IMG/VR virus record: IMGVR_UViG_3300008113_000003 | Coordinates: 62,001-126,000 of that record | DNA length: 64,000 nt | Direction: 5' to 3' (one strand) | Part shown: positions 9,401 through 15,948 of the stretch, piece by piece | How the letters are laid out: the number at the start of each line of letters is the position of its first letter | Numbering within the stretch: position 1 is the stretch's first letter | The notes under the pieces: model-generated | Told to the model about the DNA's origin: nothing | What the model saw: only the letters and a program-made list of their open reading frames with translations | Databases searched by the model: none | Translations under genes and position numbers: made by a program

Positions 9401-9461
9401 AAGCTGATTCGTTAACCAACGTTTTTTCAACAATGTTTTTTAAAAAATCCTCTTTTTTCAT
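6402..9461 (-). CDS. large acidic modular protein (1019 aa), putative head-associated/internal protein
   Basis: Very rich in E, D and M; many L/I/V-x-E sites separate short modules (CLAFPYCSQG; YMFFSNLEQ...HDWAADH). Confidence 0.8.
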   Translation of the reverse strand: MKKEDFLKNIVEKTLVNESASVASVLGDPGSPTYGGFIGPLGRISKKKLNSRLFNTWKDSNVKNGVGVGRIAVPPQGYVKEHLYSTEGNLVTEGDLLEWFGGDLKQKPSYNGGHLVAIEPKCLAFPYCSQGAVDKPIKLIGESKEEMCEGCYGYCSHIAEETGKSPEFIAKLIREKYLSETIDMIKMENINESVIEQLNESIELLDENYTEENKNLENTNTMENIQLTPEFASKCMGGIMENNQLAECMYETLVREGFLPETLNEGETYEGYCKSMMEDAEICMEMVKSCMMSEGSSCANEVSSYISELWGGKMESQEKLYEDAFRRGLDPEEMVYEENDALEEEEPASGFANKYAKIEASVERIGARETGVKLVNMFISRMLPGMGTSDLADTATFANGLDTIEEYLENGDYQEAIEEAKNTAEAMLEDEGMGMDMFGEGEVDEAAGINPAIYDQLKHCVEHGHSYSEAKEHVAKAVDGWDLSMEDWNEAKKKFGKGERDGADLEEGGWMNEFDLSEGDEDSSRYMFFSNLEQIKRQADVLMKFDHGKIEAILNSGHDWAADHMAVAKENLSHVFDFLMNEMEGENAPEGDMTPAPVSMAPVGPIGVEGPADELMEYNDEADVEDDEVAVSDQYEREMKYFTNFMNSIEKSMATLAKGLNTDDIKDKFNQYFSQFESSRDANADNFINFIQKTPEESYLEYCDRLFAKGSNNSILNLLVSPTKRSFLEKTGLLMDDNLTDALDTVDELQPRAMKKAEFIRAYGEKQDSKYKDTEDDDFSDEKEPSMKDLKNIEKMGNFDVDNDDEDFLEEAELAKFVAKKGKNVDSENAKNEKEAEEMIKAAEKTQKTVDQKVDNLKNQKHNNSDWEDSIDVKQHGRNSMLDLDYVNDSGDDFKDRIVAQANGLPDKEGEANVDYDSKGGEKLMQAVKARRDVRDMDYTSKGLNINNDDSYERSDALPGDDNKKKKDKKVNEDVVSLEIQKMMKMVSYDQAVISEEKKAKQINENDVFWKSVSKKKLL

Positions 9462-9799
9462 TAATTAGGTGAATTTTTAAGGTCACTTACCCAGAAACTT
9501 CTTCTGGTCCATAACTGTTTATATAGCTGAACCAACACATTTCTCGTTATTTCAACCACTTTATTTTCAAAATCTTTATTACTTTTAACGGTATCTTTTA
9601 CGATATCTTTTACCTTAGTTTCAAACTGAGAGCCACGTGTAATGTTTAAGAAATCCTTTATTTCATTCTTAATCAAAACTTTAATGTCGCTCTTATCCGT
9701 TGGGGTAAGGGCTTCATTTATTGGTGTTTTATCATCCATTTCAACCAAACATTCTTTCAAATACTGGTCTAATTGGCTTTCGGTTATTTTAACTTTCAT
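9461..9799 (-). CDS. hypothetical protein with MKVKITESQL tag (putative head protein)
   Basis: TAATG-coupled to the 1019-aa gene and preceded by TATTTATA. Confidence 0.75.
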   Translation of the reverse strand: MKVKITESQLDQYLKECLVEMDDKTPINEALTPTDKSDIKVLIKNEIKDFLNITRGSQFETKVKDIVKDTVKSNKDFENKVVEITRNVLVQLYKQLWTRRSFWVSDLKNSPN

Positions 9800-9814
9800 G
9801 GTACGTTTTATTAA

Positions 9815-9822
9815 TATAAATA
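9815..9822 (-). promoter_or_regulatory. TATTTATA putative late-promoter motif
   Basis: GACTATTTATA ends 15 nt upstream of the ATG at 9799. Confidence 0.6.
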
Positions 9823-9840
9823 GTCTTTAAATCGGAAATG

Positions 9841-10248
9841 TTACAATAAAAGTAGTAATGTCAGTATAAAAATACCCCCACTTGTTATGTAGGAAATATT
9901 TCTTTGTTTCTTAAAAACTTTTATATTATGGTTTAAGTCCGAAATATGCTCGTCTTTTGTCTCAATAACTTTGTTTTTGTTTGTTATAATTGTATCTTTT
10001 TCTAAGATAATATGTTTTTGGTCTATTATAATACTATCCTTTTGAACCGACTGTTTAGTTATTAAATTAAGGCTATCTCTTGTAACCCCTATCTCAGCTT
10101 TTAATAACTGGTGATCCTTTTTAAGGATCAATGCGTTTCTTATTGCCGTGCAAGGTACGCAGCAGGTTGAATCACTTAAATTCGTCTGCGAAAGAGCTGG
10201 AGAGCTCACTGCTAGACATAGCATTAATACGATTAATATCTTTTTCAT
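9841..10248 (-). CDS. exported coiled-coil protein with signal peptide and C-terminal TM (spanin-like candidate)
   Basis: MKKILIVLMLCLAVSSPALS signal, CCVPC, a coiled coil and a hydrophobic C-terminus; overlaps the upstream gene by 77 nt. Confidence 0.6.
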   Translation of the reverse strand: MKKILIVLMLCLAVSSPALSQTNLSDSTCCVPCTAIRNALILKKDHQLLKAEIGVTRDSLNLITKQSVQKDSIIIDQKHIILEKDTIITNKNKVIETKDEHISDLNHNIKVFKKQRNISYITSGGIFILTLLLLL

Positions 10249-10510
10249 GTGCCTTTTTTTCCTTATTTAGTTTATTTTTTAAACCAGCCAACTCAATACC
10301 GTAAGCCGCTATCTTAGCATTCCTACTTTCAACAGATTTACTTAAAGAATCTATTTTTAAATCACTTTTTGTTATCGCTAAGTTTAATGAGTCTATTGTT
10401 TTTTGATAATGGCTAGTATCAATAACACCACTATCTTTCTTAAAAACGCTCATGTAAATTAGGAAACCAATACCAGCAAAAAGAATTAAAAAGATTATAT
10501 TTTTTTTCAT
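10172..10510 (-). CDS. N-terminal TM plus periplasmic coiled-coil protein (i-spanin-like candidate)
   Basis: Single N-terminal TM followed by a heptad coiled coil; located near the amidase gene. Confidence 0.6.
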   Translation of the reverse strand: MKKNIIFLILFAGIGFLIYMSVFKKDSGVIDTSHYQKTIDSLNLAITKSDLKIDSLSKSVESRNAKIAAYGIELAGLKNKLNKEKKAHEKDINRINAMSSSELSSSFADEFK

Positions 10511-11070
10511 TATAATGGGTTTTGTGATTGTTTGTTTTGTGTGATCTTAATTAAATTATTTCTACCAATTTGTACATCATTATATGACCTACCAATTGTA
10601 TTTAATAAATTTAGCAAATCTTGGTTTAAAATCAAGGTTCCACCAATTAAATTAATCTTAGGGTCTTCATCATTTGTATCAACCACAATTTCTTTAACCC
10701 CATCCAAAGCTGGGTTTTTAACAACGTCAGCTGTTAAAATAACACGGCCATTTTCTAATCTAATATTAACATAAGGTAACATCAAACCAGTGGCATTGAT
10801 AAAATCGCCAATGGCTTTTGTAAACTCAGCTTTACTTTCATCAGATAACTGAACGTCATCGGCTTTACTTAGATAACCAACAGTGTTAATATTGTCAAAA
10901 GTCAACTCCTCACCATCTTTTGATTCAACCTCAACAGGTTCTGTTCTAACCATTTCATCATTTTCGTTTAATAACGATTTAGTTTTTTTAACCGATTCCT
11001 GTAATTGAACCGTTCTCACTTTGTTTAGTAATGATTTAATATCATCGTAGCTTTTATCGTAATTGTTCAT
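10510..11070 (-). CDS. hypothetical protein (186 aa) with N-terminal IKSLLNKVR...LLNE tag
   Basis: ORF coupled to neighbours on both sides. Confidence 0.75.
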   Translation of the reverse strand: MNNYDKSYDDIKSLLNKVRTVQLQESVKKTKSLLNENDEMVRTEPVEVESKDGEELTFDNINTVGYLSKADDVQLSDESKAEFTKAIGDFINATGLMLPYVNIRLENGRVILTADVVKNPALDGVKEIVVDTNDEDPKINLIGGTLILNQDLLNLLNTIGRSYNDVQIGRNNLIKITQNKQSQNPL

Positions 11071-11680
11071 GTTTGTATTCCTTATTTATTAGTTCATTTA
11101 TTTTCTTAAAATCAGCCGCTGGTGATAAATCGTAGTTGTTTTTTGTGTAGTTACTTCTATTCAGTATACCCTTTTGCGTATTTGGTTTATTTATAACAAT
11201 ATTATTTCCTATAAAATCTTTTATTATGCCGTATTCTATACATAAATAGTCTATTAATTCCGCAAGTTTCGTGTACTGTTCTTCGGAATAAGTAGCCCAA
11301 TGTCTTTTATTTCTCCAGGGTATTTCAACAACATCACCAAAATACTCAGAACCTTTCCAGGTAAAGTATTTATCCAAAGCAAGATCTTTACTTAACCACC
11401 CAACATTTTCTAAACAAATTGTTATTGAGTTTTTTTCTATTTGTTGCTCCCACATCAATAAACTATAATACTTGGGATCAAAATGTTGGTAAACCTCACC
11501 ATTTTGTGAAATAAAAAAACACGGTAATCGGTTGTATTTACCGTTGTACCGTGTTTTAATTTTTGTCAAGTACTCATCCATGGTACATGACGTATGTGTA
11601 AGAATTATTTGCTTCTTTTTAGTTTTGTTTTTCTGTATGTTCTCATTACCCTCAAAGTAATACTCTTTATTGACTATCAT
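11054..11680 (-). CDS. Amidase_2 (N-acetylmuramoyl-L-alanine amidase) fold protein with apparently degenerate Zn ligands
   Basis: QIILTHT, FFISQNGEVYQ, NSITICLEN, YSEEQY..LAELIDYLC..YGI and DLSP follow the Amidase_2 layout. Confidence 0.75.
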   Translation of the reverse strand: MIVNKEYYFEGNENIQKNKTKKKQIILTHTSCTMDEYLTKIKTRYNGKYNRLPCFFISQNGEVYQHFDPKYYSLLMWEQQIEKNSITICLENVGWLSKDLALDKYFTWKGSEYFGDVVEIPWRNKRHWATYSEEQYTKLAELIDYLCIEYGIIKDFIGNNIVINKPNTQKGILNRSNYTKNNYDLSPAADFKKINELINKEYKHEQLR

Positions 11681-12476
11681 CTTTTGTGAAAACCATAATA
11701 TTTTCTATTCCGTTATTCTTAATTTCATTAGTTTTATCGTAAACAGGATAGTTCTCTAAATCGCTTTCAGTTGTTTTTTCTTCAATAACGGGCTCTTCAA
11801 TTTCATTTTGTATATCAATTAAAGAATCCTCTTCAAAATCGTTATTATCTTCAACCACGTATTCTTCTCTATATTGTGAGTTAGCCAAAGCTGTTGGTTC
11901 GTCAGCTAAATCTTCCTCAGTGATTTTAGGCAACTTACCTTCTTTACGTAATTCATCAACTTTTTCCCAAACTTTTTTTGCTTCCTCATTTAAATTTGGT
12001 TGCGTTACAGCATCATTTACAGCATCATTTACAGCATTATCTGGTCTAATATAATCCACTAATGATTTAATGAAACCTAAAGCGACTAGTGGTAAAATAG
12101 CACCACTGACAATAGATAATATTCTTTTTTGTTCAATCGGATCACTATCAACTAGGCCGAATAATTCAACCCAGGATTGGTAATCATTTAAGTGGGTATA
12201 AGCAAAAAAAGCGTTACCCATGGCCTGCATTGCTGTTAAAATAAAGAACAAGACCCATACAATACCCTTGTTCATTTTTTTAAGCGCTATGATTGAGGCT
12301 AAAGAAGCCGCAGCACCAACCTCAAAGGCTAACGCTAATGTAACGGCTAACCATTTAGGGTTTGATAATTCAAAGAAATCAATTACGTGTATTGTTGAAA
12401 TCAACGATACCATCACATATAATGTGACAAATGTACCTATAATAAAATTTCTTGTTAATTTATTTTCTGTTTGCAT
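11667..12476 (-). CDS. four-TM membrane protein with acidic C-terminal tail
   Basis: Four hydrophobic helices in the first ~140 aa, then a low-complexity acidic region. Confidence 0.75.
   Translation of the reverse strand: MQTENKLTRNFIIGTFVTLYVMVSLISTIHVIDFFELSNPKWLAVTLALAFEVGAAASLASIIALKKMNKGIVWVLFFILTAMQAMGNAFFAYTHLNDYQSWVELFGLVDSDPIEQKRILSIVSGAILPLVALGFIKSLVDYIRPDNAVNDAVNDAVTQPNLNEEAKKVWEKVDELRKEGKLPKITEEDLADEPTALANSQYREEYVVEDNNDFEEDSLIDIQNEIEEPVIEEKTTESDLENYPVYDKTNEIKNNGIENIMVFTKDDSQ
12005..12040. repeat. 12-bp tandem repeat x3 (TTACAGCATCAT) encoding NAVNDAVNDAV
   Basis: Read directly; in frame, with one mismatch in the third copy. Confidence 0.85.
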
Positions 12477-12478
12477 AA

Positions 12479-12655
12479 TTACTTGTTTTTAGCTGCTTCT
12501 TTTTTAGCAATAGCTATTGCAGCTTGTTGTGGGTATTTAGACTTTATTTCTTGAACCATTTTTAGTTCATTTTCATTTAAATTTGATTCATCGATCTGAG
12601 ATATTCTTTCATCAGCCTGGGCAATCAAACTATTTAATTTCTGTAACGAATCCAT
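12479..12655 (-). CDS. small protein (58 aa) with QQAAIAIAKK motif, missed by the ORF track
   Basis: ATG at 12655 to TAA at 12479 gives MDSLQKLNSLIAQADERISQIDESNLNENELKMVQEIKSKYPQQAAIAIAKKEAAKNK, exactly filling the gap between two genes. Confidence 0.7.
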   Translation of the reverse strand: MDSLQKLNSLIAQADERISQIDESNLNENELKMVQEIKSKYPQQAAIAIAKKEAAKNK

Positions 12656-12656
12656 C

Positions 12657-14195
12657 TTATAAAATTGTTTTTTTAAATTCTGTTATAATATTTTTGATAT
12701 TACTTAAAGCTTCATTTATTTCTTCCGTAGCATCTGGCTCATTAACATTGGGTGCGTATGTTTCAATTTGCTTGATGATAAACATAGAAACGTCTCTAAT
12801 TAATTTTTGGTGTTTTCTAACGCCATCTTTGTTAGTTTTGTACATGGCTAAATAATTAATAGAGTGTTCGATTGGGAAATCGTAACTTTTCATTACGGTA
12901 TAAGCAACTGATTCCGCTTGTAACTCCCTCTCCTGATGACTACCGCCTCTACCAACATAAAAACCTAATTTACTATTTGCTTCATGGTGTAACAGCTCAT
13001 GTGCTAATTCATGAACAAACGTTGATAGTAAATCAGCACCAAGGCTGTTGGTTAACAATTCAATGTGTCCGCCTTTACTAACACCTCTAGCACCGCCTAA
13101 ATTAGATGAGTCTGTTATCTTAATACCACTAGCTTGTGAAAACTCTTTTAGAGCTTTAATCATGATAGCCGACTTTTCATCCTCAGTATCCTCATCACTA
13201 AACCATTTTGGCCCTTCTGGGGTGTTTATTTGTTCTCTACCTGGTATTGGTTGTACATTTTTATTGTCATAGATGGCAACCTCAGTAAAATCTTTGGCAG
13301 CGCTAACTTTAAAATACCCCTTCTTTTTTGCCCAAACCCAAAATGCGTTATATTTTTCTTTTGGTATTGGCATTTTTTTATTGGGGAGTAGTTTAATACC
13401 ACTTTCTTTAGCGTATTCTTCAGCCGATTTTGGGTAATTTGCAATAATTTTATAAACGTTTCCAGCTAAGCTACCACTATTTGTTTTTTTACTGATCATG
13501 ATTTTTTTGGCGTTTTCTACTGGCTCATAACCTCTACCAAACCAATATGGTATTGATCCAAACTCTTTCGCCCCTTTAGTTGCTTGCAACCATATCATAA
13601 ACATATTAAAAAAGCTATATGAATATTCACCTGTTTCAAGAATGTAAGACTTAGACGCTTTATTAAACTCAGCGATATCATCCAAGAGTTTTTTATCATC
13701 CAAACTTTCACCTAACTCACTAATATATGCATCTAAAATATCTAATGTGACTCTACTAGATTTAGTTTTAACCGTCTCATAAGCATCTTTTATATTTTCT
13801 AAAAAATCTTTTGTTTTTGTAAGTTGCTCAATGTCACTATAAACACCAATTTCTTTATGACCACTAATATCATGACCAAGTTTTTCATTCGCAGCTTTTA
13901 CCGCATCATTCGCTATCTTAGCAATCTCATCCGCTGACTTAAATCTGTCATTCCAAAACCACTGTTTTCCTTTGAGATCCCAAGAGGCACCATATTTTTT
14001 CATGACATCCTTAACAGCAAAAGTTTCATCGCTAGCCTTTTTTGGGTCTGGGTTATCAGAAACAACAACGATTCTTTTTTGGTTAAAATCATCGATTTTA
14101 CTTTTTACCGTAATTTGTTCGTCAGTCGGTTGTAAAGCTTTAATTAGAGTTAAAGCTTCCATGATTGGTGATTTAGTGTATTTAAGTGTTAGCAT
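12657..14195 (-). CDS. ArdC-like protein: DUF5710-like motif, ArdC-N ssDNA-binding domain and zincin metallopeptidase
   Basis: VKDVMKKYGASWD..KQW; YSYSFFNMFMIWLQ (ArdC-N YSxxN...Q); FVHELAHELLH...ELQAESVAY...SINYL (ImmA/IrrE/MPTase-type HExxH). Confidence 0.75.
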   Translation of the reverse strand: MLTLKYTKSPIMEALTLIKALQPTDEQITVKSKIDDFNQKRIVVVSDNPDPKKASDETFAVKDVMKKYGASWDLKGKQWFWNDRFKSADEIAKIANDAVKAANEKLGHDISGHKEIGVYSDIEQLTKTKDFLENIKDAYETVKTKSSRVTLDILDAYISELGESLDDKKLLDDIAEFNKASKSYILETGEYSYSFFNMFMIWLQATKGAKEFGSIPYWFGRGYEPVENAKKIMISKKTNSGSLAGNVYKIIANYPKSAEEYAKESGIKLLPNKKMPIPKEKYNAFWVWAKKKGYFKVSAAKDFTEVAIYDNKNVQPIPGREQINTPEGPKWFSDEDTEDEKSAIMIKALKEFSQASGIKITDSSNLGGARGVSKGGHIELLTNSLGADLLSTFVHELAHELLHHEANSKLGFYVGRGGSHQERELQAESVAYTVMKSYDFPIEHSINYLAMYKTNKDGVRKHQKLIRDVSMFIIKQIETYAPNVNEPDATEEINEALSNIKNIITEFKKTIL

Positions 14196-14199
14196 TTGA

Positions 14200-14493
14200 T
14201 TATTTGTTTTCTAATGAGCTTAATTCTTTATCGATTTCAGCTTGTCTGGTAACGTCTAACATTTTTCTATCGGTTGACTGGATCATACGTTTTTCAGCTC
14301 TAAGACCTTCAATTCTTAAATCCTCATGTGTAACTATAATCATTTCCAATGAATCAACTTTGTTAGACATTTTGTCAATTCTTTTATTTAGACTTCTTAC
14401 ATCGCTATTACATGTTCTCATGAATAGTAATAATAACATAACCAAGACTATCTTGGTAAAATGTTTGTTCAAAATTTGTTCGATTTTGTTCAT
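14200..14493 (-). CDS. membrane-anchored or lipoprotein-like coiled-coil protein
   Basis: Hydrophobic IVLVMLLLLFMRTC ending in Cys, followed by a coiled coil. Confidence 0.7.
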   Translation of the reverse strand: MNKIEQILNKHFTKIVLVMLLLLFMRTCNSDVRSLNKRIDKMSNKVDSLEMIIVTHEDLRIEGLRAEKRMIQSTDRKMLDVTRQAEIDKELSSLENK

Positions 14494-14496
14494 ACT

Positions 14497-14505
14497 TATA
14501 AATAT
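14497..14505 (-). promoter_or_regulatory. ATATTTATA putative late-promoter motif
   Basis: Ends 3 nt before the ATG at 14493 and heads the 14493-to-9841 operon. Confidence 0.6.
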
Positions 14506-14522
14506 TTAGTTTTTAATTAAAA

Positions 14523-15329
14523 TTACAATAAATTAAAGATTCCCCCAGAATAGAACCTAAGTTTTTTAATAGCTTTTTCCTTAATTTGCCTAACACGTTC
14601 TTTGGTTAACTCCAAATCCTCAGATATTTCTTGAAGGGTGCATTCATTACCATCTAAACCAAAATATCTAACAATAACAAGCTTTTCAGTCTCCGTTAAG
14701 TTATTTAAAACGTTATTTAAAGCGTTAATTAGATTTACCCTGTCGCTGTCATAAGCTTCGTCTGGTCTTGGTGATGATTTATCTTCATAAATATCGTACA
14801 ATGATAATCCCTCGTCATCATATTTATCATCAAGCCTTTCAACGGATGGTAAATTTGAGAACCCGTTAATGACATCGTTTTCAGTCATTGAAGCGAAATT
14901 CTTTTGTGCTTCTTTGTTAGCTTTACGAACATCATTAATTACGTTAATTGGTAATCTGATCATTCTTGAATTATCGTGCAATGACTGGATAATTGACTGT
15001 TTAATCCACCAAACGGCATAGGATAGGAATCTAACCTCTTCCTGTTCGTAATTAAACCTTTCAGCCGCTTTTAATAGACCAAGATTACCCTCAGATATTA
15101 AATCCTCAAAATTCAAACCTTGACCCTGGTATTGTTTCGCTACGGTAATGACATATCTAAGGTTTGAATAAATAAGCTTTTCTTTTGCTTTACTATCCCC
15201 AGTTTTAATTTGTTTGAGCAACTCACGCTCCTCAAGTCGGCTAAGTGGCTCATGTTTTCTTACGTCTTGTAAGTAATTTGCGATCTCTCTTTGATCGATC
15301 CAGTGTGATGTGTCAATTCTCTGTGTCAT
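14523..15329 (-). CDS. phage-encoded sigma70 factor (RpoD/RpoS family, lacks region 1.1)
   Basis: Region 1.2 YLQDVRKHEPLS; region 2 NLRYVITVAKQY...DLISEGNLGLLKAAERF...RFLSYAVWWIKQSI; region 4 TLQEIS..LELTKERVRQIKEKAIKKLR. Confidence 0.92.
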   Translation of the reverse strand: MTQRIDTSHWIDQREIANYLQDVRKHEPLSRLEERELLKQIKTGDSKAKEKLIYSNLRYVITVAKQYQGQGLNFEDLISEGNLGLLKAAERFNYEQEEVRFLSYAVWWIKQSIIQSLHDNSRMIRLPINVINDVRKANKEAQKNFASMTENDVINGFSNLPSVERLDDKYDDEGLSLYDIYEDKSSPRPDEAYDSDRVNLINALNNVLNNLTETEKLVIVRYFGLDGNECTLQEISEDLELTKERVRQIKEKAIKKLRFYSGGIFNLL

Positions 15330-15948
15330 TGTCTGTATTGTAGCGTTTTAAAATTAATTTTTCTTCCTCTGTTAAACTTTCATAACCGTATTCAATTATT
15401 TTATCCAGAATTGGGTCAATAATATCCATACTGATTTTTATATCCTTACCCCTATCTTTTTTCTCCGTTGCGTTTTTTATCTCTTCTTCCAATAAAGCGA
15501 TGTATTGTTCTCTTGCTTTTGCCACTAAGTCAACAAAATATTGTATTTTATTTAACGTTAACTCGTTATGTCTTTTTGGGCCTTCCATATAAAGGTGTTT
15601 ATAATATTCATCCGTTACATGCTTTGAGTATCTTTCTTTTGTTATATCAAATAAGAAAAATGATTCTGTATATTCAGAATACATTTTCTTAAAGAACTTA
15701 TCCAGAAACTTCATATTCTCTTTTGAGTGAAAGATTAATATGATTGAAGCTGGCCCAAAAATCCACTTTAATTGGTGCTCATTATCAAGTATTGGTTTTA
15801 ACCCATGTTTAAAATTATCGGGATACTTTCCGACAAAAAACATAATATACTTCCTAGGTTTTTTCCCAAATATTTTGTTAAAAAACAGATAGACCTCGTA
15901 CTTTATTTTAAAAACTATCCAATCTAATATTTTAACCATTTGCGTCAA
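15313..15948 (-). CDS. hypothetical protein with C-terminal DUF6576-like motif
   Basis: IDPILDKIIEYGYESLTEEEKLIL matches the IDxILDKIxxxGYxSLTxEEK motif known from Bacteroidota rhomboid-protease C-termini. Confidence 0.65.
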   Translation of the reverse strand: MTQMVKILDWIVFKIKYEVYLFFNKIFGKKPRKYIMFFVGKYPDNFKHGLKPILDNEHQLKWIFGPASIILIFHSKENMKFLDKFFKKMYSEYTESFFLFDITKERYSKHVTDEYYKHLYMEGPKRHNELTLNKIQYFVDLVAKAREQYIALLEEEIKNATEKKDRGKDIKISMDIIDPILDKIIEYGYESLTEEEKLILKRYNTDNDTEN

